NCBI GenBank assembly: GCA_034189655.1
Contig: JAXHUE010000002.1
Location: 32,207-96,206, forward strand
Reading direction: 5' to 3'
Source: Chloroflexota bacterium
GTDB lineage: Bacteria > Chloroflexota > Dehalococcoidia > E44-bin15
Length of the DNA: 64,000 bases
In this document: positions 18,250-27,931 of the stretch, one piece after another
Layout of the letters: each line of letters opens with the position of its first letter
Numbering within the stretch: the stretch's first letter is position 1
Position numbers and translations under genes: made by a program
The notes under the pieces: generated by a model
Seen by the model: the letters and a program-made list of their open reading frames with translations, nothing else
The model's database searches: none
What the model was told of the DNA's origin: nothing

Positions 18250-20682
18250 CTACTTGCCGGGCTTGCCCTCGATTAAGGCCATGGCCGCTACGGTATCGCC
18301 CTGGTCTGGTCGCATGAGGCATGCCCCCCTCCTGATCCTCCCCTGTATAGGGACGCTGTCCATCCCGATGCGGATGATGATCCCATTGGCCGAGAGCATG
18401 AGCAGGTCTCCGCCGATCTCGACGGAGCGGGCGGCCACCACCTCCCCGGTCTGGGTGTTGGTGACGAAGCTCTTGATCCCGGTGCCGCCGCGGGACTGGA
18501 GCTTGTAGTTGGCCAGCGCGGTGCATTTGCCGTAGCCGTTCGAGGTGATCAACAGGAGGTATGTGCCGGCGGAGACCACGTCCATGGCCACCACGTGGTC
18601 CTCTGGGGGGATCTGGATGGCCCTCACCCCACCGCTGGCCCGCGACGCGCTGCGCAGCGGGGTGTTGCTGAACCGTATGGCGTGGCCCTTTGCCGTCGCC
18701 ACGATGATGTGGTCGTCCGATCTCGTCACCTTTGCCGCCACCAGCTCGTCGTCCCGCTCCAGGTCCATGGCGATGAGCCCGCTGGACCTCACCGAGGCGA
18801 ACTCCTTTAGGGGGGTCTTCTTGACCTCGCCGCGGCGCGTGGCCATGACCATGTAGTCGCCGTGTGAGAAGTCGGGCACCGGGGTGACCACGGTCACCTG
18901 CTCCTTCTCGTCCAGCGGCAGCAGCTTGACCAGCGGCGTCCCCTTGGCGGTCCGGGACTGCTCGGGCGGCAGGCGGTAGCACTTGAGCGACAGCACCTTG
19001 CCCCGGCTGGTGAAGAAGAGGATGGTATCGTGGGTATCGGCGGTCACGATTAAGCGGGCCGCGCCCGTCTCCTGGGTGACCACGGTGGTGACGCCCCGGC
19101 CTCCCCGCTGCTGGAGGCGGTAGCTCTCGATGGGCATCCTCTTGATGTAGCCCCTGTCGGTGAGGGTGAGCACCACCCTCTGGTGGTGGATGAGGTCCTC
19201 GGCATCGAACTCCTTGGCCTCCTCCTCCACGATCTGCGTCCGCCGCGGGTCGCTGTAGCGCTCTTTGAGCCCCTCGGTCTCCTCCTTGATGATGTAGAGT
19301 ATCTTGCGCGGGTTGGCCAGGAGATCCTCGAGGTAGGCTATGGTCTTTAGGAGCTCGGCATACTCCTCGTTTATCTTCTTGCGCTCCAGGGCGGCGAGGC
19401 GCCTGAGCTGCATATCGAGGATGGCCTGGGCCTGGGCCTGGCTCAATCCGAAGCCCTGCATCAGGGCATCACGCGCTGCCTCGGCACTCTCTGAGCTGCG
19501 GATGGTGGCGATTATGCGGTCTAGGTCGTCCAGGGCGACCTTGAGCCCCTCCAGGATGTGGGCCCGCTGCGCGGCGCGTTTCAGCTCGAACCGGGAGCGC
19601 CGAACGATGACGTCGCGGCGGAACTCGATGAACTGCTGGAGGGCTGTCTTCAGGCTTATCACCCGGGGCTGGCCATCGATCAAGGCCAGCATGTTGACGA
19701 AGAAGGAGGACTGCATCGCGGTGTGCTTGTACAGGTTGTTCAGCACCTGCTCCGGCTGGGCCTCCTTCTTCAGGTCGATGACGATGCGCATCCCCTCGCG
19801 GTCGGACTCGTCGCGCAGCTCGGCGATGCCCTCGATGCGGCGCTCCTTGACCAGGCTGGCTATCCTCTCTACCAGCGCCGCCTTGTTTGTCTGGTAGGGG
19901 ACCTCGGTGACCACTATCTGCTGGCGGCCCTTGGCCGTGTCCACTATATCGGCCTTGCCTCGCACTACGATCTTGCCCCGGCCCGTGGTGTAGGCGCTCT
20001 TGATACCCTCTGTGCCGCAGATGATGCCTGCGGTGGGGAAGTCGGGGCCGTGCACCAGCTCTATGAGCTCGTCTATGGTGGCATCGGGGGTATCGATCAG
20101 GTGGATGATGGCATCGCAGAGCTCGCCCAGGTTGTGCGGTGGTATGTTGGTGGCCATGCCCACGGCGATACCTGAGGCGCCGTTTAGCAGGAGGTCTGGT
20201 ATCCTCGCCGGGAGGACGGTGGGCTCCTGGAGGGTGCCGTCGAAGTTGGGGGAGAAGTCCACCGTGTCCTTGTCGATATCGACCAGCATCTCGGCGGCGA
20301 TCGCGGAGAGGCGGGCCTCGGTGTAGCGCATCGCCGCCGGGGGGTCGTTGTCCACGCTGCCGAAGTTACCCTGCCCGTCGATGAGCGCATATCGCATGGA
20401 GAAGTCCTGGGCCATGCGTACCATGGCCTCGTAGACCGGGTCGTCGCCGTGGGGGTGGAACTTGCCCAGCACCTCGCCCACGATGCGGGCGCTCTTCTTG
20501 TGGGGGCTCTGGTGCCGGAGCCCCAGCTCCTCCATGACGTACAGTATCCGCCGCTGCACCGGTTTCAACCCGTCGCGGACATCGGGCAGGGCGCGAGATA
20601 CGATGACGCTCATGGCGTAGTCGAGGTATGAGCTCTTCATCTCCTCTTCTATGTCGACGGGTCTCACCGTTCCGATATTCAT
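18250..20682 (-). CDS. gyrA: DNA gyrase subunit A
   Basis: N-terminal [27 protein letters not shown] with active-site Tyr region and C-terminal beta-pinwheel repeats. Start at MNIGTV preceded by GGAGG; the track ORF starts 20 codons earlier. Confidence 0.95.
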   Translation of the reverse strand: MNIGTVRPVDIEEEMKSSYLDYAMSVIVSRALPDVRDGLKPVQRRILYVMEELGLRHQSPHKKSARIVGEVLGKFHPHGDDPVYEAMVRMAQDFSMRYALIDGQGNFGSVDNDPPAAMRYTEARLSAIAAEMLVDIDKDTVDFSPNFDGTLQEPTVLPARIPDLLLNGASGIAVGMATNIPPHNLGELCDAIIHLIDTPDATIDELIELVHGPDFPTAGIICGTEGIKSAYTTGRGKIVVRGKADIVDTAKGRQQIVVTEVPYQTNKAALVERIASLVKERRIEGIAELRDESDREGMRIVIDLKKEAQPEQVLNNLYKHTAMQSSFFVNMLALIDGQPRVISLKTALQQFIEFRRDVIVRRSRFELKRAAQRAHILEGLKVALDDLDRIIATIRSSESAEAARDALMQGFGLSQAQAQAILDMQLRRLAALERKKINEEYAELLKTIAYLEDLLANPRKILYIIKEETEGLKERYSDPRRTQIVEEEAKEFDAEDLIHHQRVVLTLTDRGYIKRMPIESYRLQQRGGRGVTTVVTQETGAARLIVTADTHDTILFFTSRGKVLSLKCYRLPPEQSRTAKGTPLVKLLPLDEKEQVTVVTPVPDFSHGDYMVMATRRGEVKKTPLKEFASVRSSGLIAMDLERDDELVAAKVTRSDDHIIVATAKGHAIRFSNTPLRSASRASGGVRAIQIPPEDHVVAMDVVSAGTYLLLITSNGYGKCTALANYKLQSRGGTGIKSFVTNTQTGEVVAARSVEIGGDLLMLSANGIIIRIGMDSVPIQGRIRRGACLMRPDQGDTVAAMALIEGKPGK

Positions 20683-20917
20683 CCCTCTTGAACCTCCGTG
20701 GTGTCTGGGCCTATAAAGGTGCTGGTGGCAAAAGGATATCACGCTTTCGCGTGCCCGTCAAAGGGTCTGCCGGGGGTTTTACGGGGCACCGGGCCTTCCA
20801 AGAGCGCCCCTCGTGGCACGGGCGTGAGCGGGGCATGGCATGGCACTGCTGCCACTGGGGTGACATAGGTCGGGGGGGTGCACACACGAGCGGGGGCGCG
20901 GCATCCGCGGCCTTCGC

Positions 20918-21814
20918 TCAGTCTACGTGGTCGGCGTCTTCGCTGTCCGAGTCCTCTTCGTGCTCAAGTATGGCGATGTCCTGGGTGACATGCCCCAGGT
21001 CTTCCTCCTCCCACTCCAGGGTGTAGTCCCTCTCCTCCTCTTCCTCCAGCTCGTACTTCAGTATGCTCTCTCGTACATAGGGGCGGAATCCGTCCGGGCC
21101 CTTGACCGGAAAAGAGGGGCGACCTGCCTGGCTGGGGTGCTGGAAGATCTCCTTGATGATTATCTTCACCTCGCTGTCCGCAGAGCTGATGACCGCTGCG
21201 GTATACCTGTTGCCGCCCCGTATCAGGTTGGAGAGGCGTACGCCGACGCGGGGCTCCACCTTTCCCAGGTACTCGCCGTGCTTGTTCTCCACGATGATGG
21301 ACTGGCCATCGATCTGGAGATACACCGGGTCGCCGGCGGCGATCTGTGCGCGCACGTGCCTGGGTGCCAGGTGGTAGAGGCTGGCCACACCTGCCTTGCC
21401 CATCTCCTCGATGAAGAGGTGGGGGCTGACCCGGTGGCGGCCTCCACGGGGCGAGGGCTGCGCCTCGTTCAGCAGGGAGAGCCGGCGCAGGTTCTTCTTG
21501 GCGATGCTGTTGCCGGGGTCGATGCCGAGGGCCTTGCTGTAGGCCTCATGGGCCTCGGCGTAGCGACCCAGCTCGGTGAGCGCCTTTCCCAGGCGGTTAT
21601 AGGCATCGATATCCTTGGGGAAGAACTCGATGATGCTCTGGTTGGCGGCGACAGCATCCTCCCAGCGGCCCTGCATCGCCATGTCGATGGCCTCCTTGGT
21701 GCGCTGTCGTCTCAGTCTGGCCTCGCCTGTCTGGTACTGCATCGGAGTGGCGGTGTCCTCTCGCATTAACTTGTCGTCGTCGCACCATTTTAACGGGATT
21801 TCCACAGTTGTCAA
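20918..21814 (-). CDS. TPR-repeat protein with uncharacterised C-terminal domain and acidic tail
   Basis: TPR-like AYNRLGKALTELGRYAEAHEAYSKALGIDPGN. C-terminal about 40 residues are roughly 50% D/E. Start uncertain; an internal ATG at MREDTAT has a TTGACA-17-TAAAAT promoter just upstream. Confidence 0.55.
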   Translation of the reverse strand: MTTVEIPLKWCDDDKLMREDTATPMQYQTGEARLRRQRTKEAIDMAMQGRWEDAVAANQSIIEFFPKDIDAYNRLGKALTELGRYAEAHEAYSKALGIDPGNSIAKKNLRRLSLLNEAQPSPRGGRHRVSPHLFIEEMGKAGVASLYHLAPRHVRAQIAAGDPVYLQIDGQSIIVENKHGEYLGKVEPRVGVRLSNLIRGGNRYTAAVISSADSEVKIIIKEIFQHPSQAGRPSFPVKGPDGFRPYVRESILKYELEEEEERDYTLEWEEEDLGHVTQDIAILEHEEDSDSEDADHVD

Positions 21815-21890
21815 GAGGTAAAAGTACCAACTTGCTATAGCGGAGTCGCCTCATGTCGGCGGGGCGCCATACGGTATGAATACGCCGATG

Positions 21891-23171
21891 TTACTGCTTG
21901 GTGAAGAGGAGTATCATCTCTGAGCGGAGTATGTAGCGGCAGTCCTGGAGCACAAGCCCTCGCCTCTCCAGGAGCTCTATCAGGCTGCGCCTGGTGTACC
22001 TGGTTATGTGCTCCTCGGCGTAGCCGCCGGGGGCGAAGAACCCGTAGAGGCGCTCGATGGTCGGCCACCAGATGCCGCCGTAGTCCGGCGTCCCGATGAC
22101 GAGCTGGCCACCCTGTGCCAGCACCCGGGAGAGCTCGTCGAAAGGCTCATCGCCCGGAGGCAGGTGCTCGATGACCTCGGAGCAGACCACGCAGTCGAAG
22201 GCGGCGTCGCGGAAGGGCAGGGCAAATATCGAGGCGTTCACCAGCGGCCGGCCCAGCTTTCTCACGTAGCGGAGCTTGGCGGCCTGTACGTCCACGCCGA
22301 TGCCGCTCTCCAGGCCACCCAGTATCCTGCTTGAGCCACAGCCCACGTCGAGGGTGGCGTGAGCGCCCCTGGCCATCTCGGTGACTATGCGGTAGCGACG
22401 GCGCTGCCAGTACCGCTGCAGGGGGATGATGCTATCGAAGGCGCGGTCGTCGTAGTCTGCCGAGAGCGTGGAGTTGCGCAGCCGCCACATGCGCATGAAG
22501 GTGCTCAAGTACGATATGCCGAAGCGGAGCAGGCTCACGTGGGAGGTCCCGCGCGTTCGCGGCAGGTAGTGGAAGGGGACCTCCTTGATGTGCCACCCCT
22601 GGGAGTGGCACTTTATCACCACCTCCTGGAGGATATCGAAGTCCGAGCTGGACAGCTCCAGGTCGCGCAGGGTGGCGGCGTGGTACAGTCGAAAGCCGCT
22701 TGAGAGGTCTTTCAAGGGGAGCGAGAGCCCGGAGGCGAAGAACATGTTGAGCGCCCTGCTCAAAAACCTCCTGGTGATGGGCATCCTGGCCGAGCCCTCC
22801 GTCACGTAGCGCGAGGCCACCACTATCTCGGCCTCCGCGCGTTCCCGCCACAGGTCGGGGATGAAGGAGGGGTCGTGCGAGAGGTCGCCGTCCAGGGTGA
22901 GGATGTAGTCGCCCTGGGCGATGCAGAAGCCCTCCTTGAGCGCCCCGCCGTAGCCCTTCTCCTTCTGCATGGTCACCTTGGCCTCGAGCGCCCTCGCTGT
23001 GGCTGCGGTGTCGTCTGTAGACCCACCGTCGACGACGATTATCTCGTACTCAGGCGATATCGGCGATATCACCTTGCGGAGCTTGGGGATGAGCTCGGCA
23101 ACGTTTCTCTCCTCGTTCAAGGCAGGTATGATGATGCTTAAGTTCACCACCGCCTCCACGGCAAGGATCAT
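21891..23171 (-). CDS. Fusion protein: family-2 glycosyltransferase (Dpm1-like) N-terminal domain plus class I SAM methyltransferase C-terminal domain
   Basis: N-terminus IIIPALNEE...IIVVDGGSTDDT...DGDLSHDP (GT2 DxD region). C-terminus LDVGCGSSR...CSEVIEHL (SAM motifs I and post-I). Confidence 0.75.
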   Translation of the reverse strand: MILAVEAVVNLSIIIPALNEERNVAELIPKLRKVISPISPEYEIIVVDGGSTDDTAATARALEAKVTMQKEKGYGGALKEGFCIAQGDYILTLDGDLSHDPSFIPDLWRERAEAEIVVASRYVTEGSARMPITRRFLSRALNMFFASGLSLPLKDLSSGFRLYHAATLRDLELSSSDFDILQEVVIKCHSQGWHIKEVPFHYLPRTRGTSHVSLLRFGISYLSTFMRMWRLRNSTLSADYDDRAFDSIIPLQRYWQRRRYRIVTEMARGAHATLDVGCGSSRILGGLESGIGVDVQAAKLRYVRKLGRPLVNASIFALPFRDAAFDCVVCSEVIEHLPPGDEPFDELSRVLAQGGQLVIGTPDYGGIWWPTIERLYGFFAPGGYAEEHITRYTRRSLIELLERRGLVLQDCRYILRSEMILLFTKQ

Positions 23172-23329
23172 GTGCCCGGCTACAGGGCCATCGCAGGGTT
23201 ATGATATTATAGCGCACACCCCTCTTCTGGTCTACCCCGAACCGGCGATGAGACTTTTGTCCTTTGACAGCCCCCCCTCCGTATGATAGAGTGTATGGCA
23301 GTGGAGCTACAACGACGTGGAGGAGAACG

Positions 23330-23548
23330 ATGAGAGACGAGGTAGAGGCCGTCCTGGCTGAGATAAGACCCAGCCTGGCCGCCGACGGCGGCGGGGTGGA
23401 GCTGGTGGAGGTGAACGACGGGGTGGTCTCGGTGCGGCTCACTGGAGCGTGTAGCGGGTGCCCTATGAGGCAGATGACTCTCTCTGGGGGCATCGAGCGC
23501 ATACTGAAGGAGAGGCTGCCTGAGGTCACGGAAGTGGTTGCCGTGTAG
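23330..23548 (+). CDS. NifU-like (Nfu) Fe-S cluster assembly domain protein
   Basis: GGGVELVEV...VRLTGACSGCPM CxxC motif of the Nfu/NifU C-terminal domain. Start at MRDEVEAV after RBS GGAGGAGAA. Confidence 0.75.
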   Translation: MRDEVEAVLAEIRPSLAADGGGVELVEVNDGVVSVRLTGACSGCPMRQMTLSGGIERILKERLPEVTEVVAV

Positions 23549-23634
23549 CCCTGTCCCGGCAGCGGCGGTGCGGTCATTCTCCAGGTCTCTATAGTGAGAG
23601 GGGCGCCGTCGTTGCCAAGTGGTGGCGATGTAGC

Positions 23635-23668
23635 AAGGGGGACTCATGTGAGTGCCCCCTTTCTCTAT
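23635..23668 (+). terminator. Intrinsic terminator after the nifU-like gene
   Basis: AAGGGGGACTCATGTGAGTGCCCCCT hairpin followed by TTCTCT. Confidence 0.5.
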
Positions 23669-23700
23669 GTGGCGAGGGTGTGCTCCACAGCGCAAGTGGC

Positions 23701-24924
23701 CTACGCGGCCTCTCTGTCCAGCTCGAAGGCGCGGTGGAGGGCCTGCACCGCGTCGGGCACCTGGCCCTCGTTGATGATGCAGGTGACCCTGATCTCCGAC
23801 GTGGTGATGAGCTCGATGTTGATGCCGGCATCGTACAGGGCGCGGAACATCCGCGCCGCGTAGCCGGGGGTGTTCTGCATCCCCGTGCCCACGATGCTCA
23901 CCTTTCCCAGCGCGGCGTCGGCAACGCAGCCGGCGGCCCCGATGGAGCTGGCCACGGGCTCGACCACGCGCATCGCCTTCTCGATGTCTCTCCTCGATAC
24001 CGTGAAGGTGAGGTCGGTGACGCGCTCCGCGCTCGCGTTCTGGACGATGGTGTCCACGCTGATGCTCTCCTGGGCCAGCGGCTCGAATATGGCGGAGGCG
24101 ATCCCCGGTTGGTCGGGGACGCCGCGTATGGTGATCTTGGCCACATCGAGGTCGTGGGCTATCCCTCGCACCTTGTTCCGCACTTCCATATATACGCCTC
24201 CATGGATAGTGGTCCCTGGGCTCTCGCTGAAGCTGGATGCCACCAGGATGGGGATGTGGTACAGCTCCCCCAGCTCCACGGAGCGGGGGTGGAGCACCTT
24301 GGCCCCGTAGGTGGCGAGCTCCAGCATCTCCTCGTAGCCGATGTCCTTGAGCTTGCGCGCCTGGGGCACGATGTGCGGGTCTGCGGTGTAGACCCCTTCC
24401 ACGTCGGTGTATATCTGGCACACCTCTGCCCCCATCCTCGCTGCCAGTGCCACCGCCGTGGTGTCGGAGCCGCCGCGGCCCAGGGTGGTGATGTCCATCT
24501 CTCTGGTGATGCCCTGGAAGCCGGCGACGATGACGATCTTGCCGCTGTCCAGCTCCCTGTGGATGCGCTTGGCATCGATGGCGAGGATGCGCGCCTTGCT
24601 GTAGACCGAGTCGGTCTGGATGCCGGCCTGGGCGCCGCTCAAGCTGATGGCGCGGTGGCCCAGGCCTTTGAGCGCCATGGCGAGCAGGGTGCTCGACACG
24701 ATCTCTCCGGTGGACATGAGGACGTCGAGCTCCCGCTCGTCGGGCTGGTCGCTTATCTGGTTGGCGAGACGGATGAGCTCGTCGGTGGTCTTTCCCATGG
24801 CGGAGACCACCACCACTACCTGGCTGCCCTGCTCCCTGGTCGCCGCGATGCGCCGGGCAATGCTCTTGATCCTCTCGGCGTCGGCCACTGAGCTCCCGCC
24901 GTACTTCTGCACTACTATTGCCAT
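23701..24924 (-). CDS. Aspartate kinase with C-terminal ACT domains
   Basis: MAIVVQKYGGSSV...VVVSAMG kinase N-terminus and two ACT domains. Start at 24924; the track ORF has a 75-codon spurious extension. Confidence 0.9.
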   Translation of the reverse strand: MAIVVQKYGGSSVADAERIKSIARRIAATREQGSQVVVVVSAMGKTTDELIRLANQISDQPDERELDVLMSTGEIVSSTLLAMALKGLGHRAISLSGAQAGIQTDSVYSKARILAIDAKRIHRELDSGKIVIVAGFQGITREMDITTLGRGGSDTTAVALAARMGAEVCQIYTDVEGVYTADPHIVPQARKLKDIGYEEMLELATYGAKVLHPRSVELGELYHIPILVASSFSESPGTTIHGGVYMEVRNKVRGIAHDLDVAKITIRGVPDQPGIASAIFEPLAQESISVDTIVQNASAERVTDLTFTVSRRDIEKAMRVVEPVASSIGAAGCVADAALGKVSIVGTGMQNTPGYAARMFRALYDAGINIELITTSEIRVTCIINEGQVPDAVQALHRAFELDREAA

Positions 24925-24932
24925 GGCGGTGT

Positions 24933-26123
24933 CTAAAACCCTCCTATCAGCCTGCCCATCACGGTGTGCCCTTCCTCTATGAAGACAGCGGTGCCCCCCG
25001 CCTCGCTCTCGTCGAAGCCTGTTGCCCCGCTGGCGGCGACGCCGGGCCCCCAGAGCACGAAGGGGACCGGGTCGGCGCTGTGGGCCTTGGTGGCGATGGG
25101 CGTGGGGTGGTCGGGGAGGGCCACGACACGCAGGGCCCGTCCCCTCCACGGCAGGAGCCTGGCCACCATCTCGCGGTCGACGCTCTCGATGGCCGCCACC
25201 TTGTCCTCGATGGAGCCGGCGTGCCCCGCCTCGTCGGTGGCCTCCACGTGAACCACCACCAGGTCGTACTCCTCGAGGGCACCGAGGGCACCCTCCATCT
25301 GCGCCGCGTAGTCGTTGTCGAGGCTGTCGGTGACACCGGCGATGTCCAGCATGTCCATCCCGGAGAGCCGGGCCAGGCCCCCCAGGAGGTCGACCCCTGA
25401 TGTCATGGCGGCCTTCACCCCGAACCTCTCCCTGAAGGAGGGGACGGCGGCTGTCTTGCTGCTGCCCCAGAAGAGCCAGATCATGGCGGCCGGCACCTGG
25501 CCGCGGGACTGCCGCGCCGCGTTCAGCGGGTGCCCCTCCAGCACCTCCTGGGAGCGCAGCATGAGGTGGCGCAGGAGCTCGCTGCCCTCGCCCCGGGGCA
25601 GGTGCTCAGCGATGGGCTCGCCGGCGATGTCGTGGGGGGGGCTGCACGTCGCCCGCAGGGTCTCGGGGTGCCCGCGTATCTTGCAGATACTTCTGAAGCT
25701 CACACCGGGATAGAACTGCACCTCTTCGCTGGCAAGCCCCTCTTGTATGGCCTCCATCAGCACGTGGGCGTCCTCGCTCTCGATGTGGCCGGTGCTGTAG
25801 TCCCACATCCTGCCGTCGCGGACGGCGACCAGGTTGCAGCGGAATAGCGCATCGCCGTCCTCTACGGGGATGCCCATGCTCAGCGCCTCGATGGCGCTGC
25901 GGCCCTGGTAGTAGACCCTGGGGTCGTAGCCCATGATGGACATGCAGGCGCAGGCGCTCGACGGCTCCATGCCCTGGGGCACGGTGCGCACCAGGCCCAC
26001 CATGCCCTCCCTGGCCAGGCAGTCCAGGTGAGGGGTATGGGCCAACTGGAGGCAGGTCTTGCCGCCCCGCTCCGGGATGGGCCAGCCCGCGGCCCCATCG
26101 ATGATGAGCACGCAGTACTTCAT
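24933..26123 (-). CDS. Cofactor-independent phosphoglycerate mutase, archaeal ApgM-type family (candidate non-orthologous homoserine kinase)
   Basis: MKYCVLIIDGAAGWPIPE...TPHLD, alkaline-phosphatase-superfamily metal site. 8-nt gap to aspartate kinase downstream. Confidence 0.75.
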   Translation of the reverse strand: MKYCVLIIDGAAGWPIPERGGKTCLQLAHTPHLDCLAREGMVGLVRTVPQGMEPSSACACMSIMGYDPRVYYQGRSAIEALSMGIPVEDGDALFRCNLVAVRDGRMWDYSTGHIESEDAHVLMEAIQEGLASEEVQFYPGVSFRSICKIRGHPETLRATCSPPHDIAGEPIAEHLPRGEGSELLRHLMLRSQEVLEGHPLNAARQSRGQVPAAMIWLFWGSSKTAAVPSFRERFGVKAAMTSGVDLLGGLARLSGMDMLDIAGVTDSLDNDYAAQMEGALGALEEYDLVVVHVEATDEAGHAGSIEDKVAAIESVDREMVARLLPWRGRALRVVALPDHPTPIATKAHSADPVPFVLWGPGVAASGATGFDESEAGGTAVFIEEGHTVMGRLIGGF

Positions 26124-26171
26124 GATTAGACAAGTATAGCAAGTGGCGAGGGGACAATTCAAGGAGGCTCC

Positions 26172-26200
26172 TTGCTAATGGCGGCGATGGGGGCTATAAT
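26172..26200 (+). promoter_or_regulatory. Near-consensus sigma-70 promoter for tRNA-Pro (TTGCTA-17-TATAAT)
   Basis: TTGCTA 26172-26177, spacer 17, TATAAT 26195-26200, 9 nt before the mature tRNA 5' end. Confidence 0.65.
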
Positions 26201-26209
26201 AGTGGACTG

Positions 26210-26284
26210 CGGGGCGTGGCGCAGTCCGGTTAGCGCGCAGCGTTCGGGACGCTGAGGTCGGTGGTTCAAATCCACTCGCCCCGA
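26210..26284 (+). tRNA. tRNA-Pro (anticodon CGG)
   Basis: Cloverleaf by hand: acceptor CGGGGCG/CGCCCCG, D-arm GCGC-AGUCCGGUUA-GCGC, anticodon arm CAGCG-UUCGGGA-CGCUG, T-arm GGUGG-UUCAAAU-CCACU, discriminator A, no encoded CCA. Confidence 0.85.
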
Positions 26285-26353
26285 TTCCCCTCTCACCCCT
26301 TGTGCCCGCACGGCAGAAAGCCCCCGCCGGTGGCCCATCGCGGCCGGAGGCCG

Positions 26354-27112
26354 CTACTCGTCCAGCTCCCGCTTGGCCTGCTCCCACAGCTCGTCCATCT
26401 GGGAAAGGGAGAGGTCGGCGAGCTGGATGCCGCGACGGGTGCATGCCTCCTCCATGTGGGAGAAGCGGCTGCGGAAGCGCTCGTTCGAGCCGCGGAGGGC
26501 CGTCTCCAGGTCGATATCGAGCTTTAGGGCGATGTTGGCCAGGGTGAAGAGCAGGTCGCCGAACTCGTGTGCCCGCTGCTGGTGGTCGCAGGCCCCTTTG
26601 AGCTCGGCCACCTCCTCGGCCAGCTTGTCGATGACCCCCTCGATGTCATCCCAGTCGAAGCCGACGCGGGCGACGCGGCGCTGAATCGCCTGGGCATAGG
26701 CCAGGGACGGCATATCCCTGGGTATCCCGCTCAACAGTGAGCCCTTGCCCTCCGCCCGCTTGGTGGCCTCCCAGCTCGCGATGACCTCCTGGGCATCGCG
26801 GGCGTGGGCATCGCCGAAGACGTGGGGGTGGCGGCGGATGAGCTTCTCGTTGACCCCGGCTATCACGTCGCCGATGGCGAACTCCCCCTCGTCGCTCGCC
26901 ATCTGGGCGTGGAGCACCACCTGCATGAGCAGGTCTCCCAGCTCCTCGCAGAGCATGGCCCCGCCCCCACGGTCGATTGCCTCGACGACCTCGTAGGCCT
27001 CCTCCAGGGTGTTGCCCTTTATCGTCTGGTGCGTCTGCTCCTGGTCCCAGGGGCAGCCGCCGGGGCCGCGCAGCCGGGCCATGATATCGACCAGGGTAGT
27101 GAAGCTGTCCAT
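26354..27112 (-). CDS. mazG: Nucleoside triphosphate pyrophosphohydrolase MazG
   Basis: Tandem MazG domains with EEAYEVVEAI and EE.GDLLF motifs. Real start is the ATG at 27112; the track ORF carries a 213-codon artefactual extension. Confidence 0.85.
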   Translation of the reverse strand: MDSFTTLVDIMARLRGPGGCPWDQEQTHQTIKGNTLEEAYEVVEAIDRGGGAMLCEELGDLLMQVVLHAQMASDEGEFAIGDVIAGVNEKLIRRHPHVFGDAHARDAQEVIASWEATKRAEGKGSLLSGIPRDMPSLAYAQAIQRRVARVGFDWDDIEGVIDKLAEEVAELKGACDHQQRAHEFGDLLFTLANIALKLDIDLETALRGSNERFRSRFSHMEEACTRRGIQLADLSLSQMDELWEQAKRELDE

Positions 27113-27184
27113 GCGCTCTCGGAATTCCACGTCGGCACCCCTCTCTGTTCTCACCCCTGGGATTATACCGGCCGGGCCCCTCGA

Positions 27185-27214
27185 TTGACAAGCCAGAGCC
27201 GCCACCGCTAGTAT
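27185..27214 (+). promoter_or_regulatory. Promoter TTGACA-18-TAGTAT positioned for a leaderless transcript of the following gene
   Basis: -10 box ends 6 nt before the ATG at 27221. No SD sequence is possible. Confidence 0.5.
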
Positions 27215-27220
27215 GGTGCC

Positions 27221-27931
27221 ATGCCAGGGAGGAGAGGGCTGCTCCGGGCCGTCGTCGCCGTCGCTGCCGCGGCCTTCGTGCTGTGCCTGCCCCTGTACCT
27301 GGTCACCGCCACCATCAGCGGGGCGGTGAACGAGGTGCGGCTCTACCAGTACGGCTTCGACAGGTATGGCGTGAGCGAGGACACCGGCATCGGTGACGAG
27401 GAGCTCCTGCGCGCGGCGCGGGAGCTCATAGCCTACTTCAACTCCGGCCAGGCAGCGGTGCAGGTCACGGTAGAGAACGCACACGGCGAGGAGGTCGAGC
27501 TCTTCGGGGAGCGCGAGGTGGCCCACCTGAAGGACGTGAAGGCCCTCATCAGGTTGAGCTACCGCATCGCCATAGGCACCCTGGCGTACATGGCGGTCGT
27601 CGTGGTCGCCGGCCTGCTGTTGTACCGCGAGAGGTTCTGGCCGCAGCTCGCCAGGCTGGGCCTGTGGGGGGGTGCGCTCACCATCGCCCTCTTGTGCGCC
27701 GTCGGCATCGCCGCCGCCGTGGACTTCCAGTGGCTCTTCATAGGCTTCCACCGGCTGTTCTTCAGCGGGGATACCTGGATACTGGCCCCCTCAGACTACC
27801 TGATACGGATGTTCCCCCCGCCCTTCTTCAACGATGCTGCCCTCTTCGTGGTGGGGGCCGTCGTCGTGGAGGCGTTGCTCGTCGGTGGTTTGGGTGGCCT
27901 CTTCTGGTTCAGGCGGAGGAAGGCGGGCTAG
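27221..27931 (+). CDS. Integral membrane protein, TIGR01906/DUF1461-like topology
   Basis: 236 aa. N-terminal TM, about 100-aa soluble region, then three C-terminal TM helices. Family assignment from memory of topology and size only. Confidence 0.5.
   Translation: MPGRRGLLRAVVAVAAAAFVLCLPLYLVTATISGAVNEVRLYQYGFDRYGVSEDTGIGDEELLRAARELIAYFNSGQAAVQVTVENAHGEEVELFGEREVAHLKDVKALIRLSYRIAIGTLAYMAVVVVAGLLLYRERFWPQLARLGLWGGALTIALLCAVGIAAAVDFQWLFIGFHRLFFSGDTWILAPSDYLIRMFPPPFFNDAALFVVGAVVVEALLVGGLGGLFWFRRRKAG

Noticed and set aside
27113-27751. 213-codon N-terminal extension of the mazG ORF
   Set aside because: Reads through the divergent promoter and the antisense of the following membrane-protein gene. 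The MazG domain starts at the ATG at 27112.
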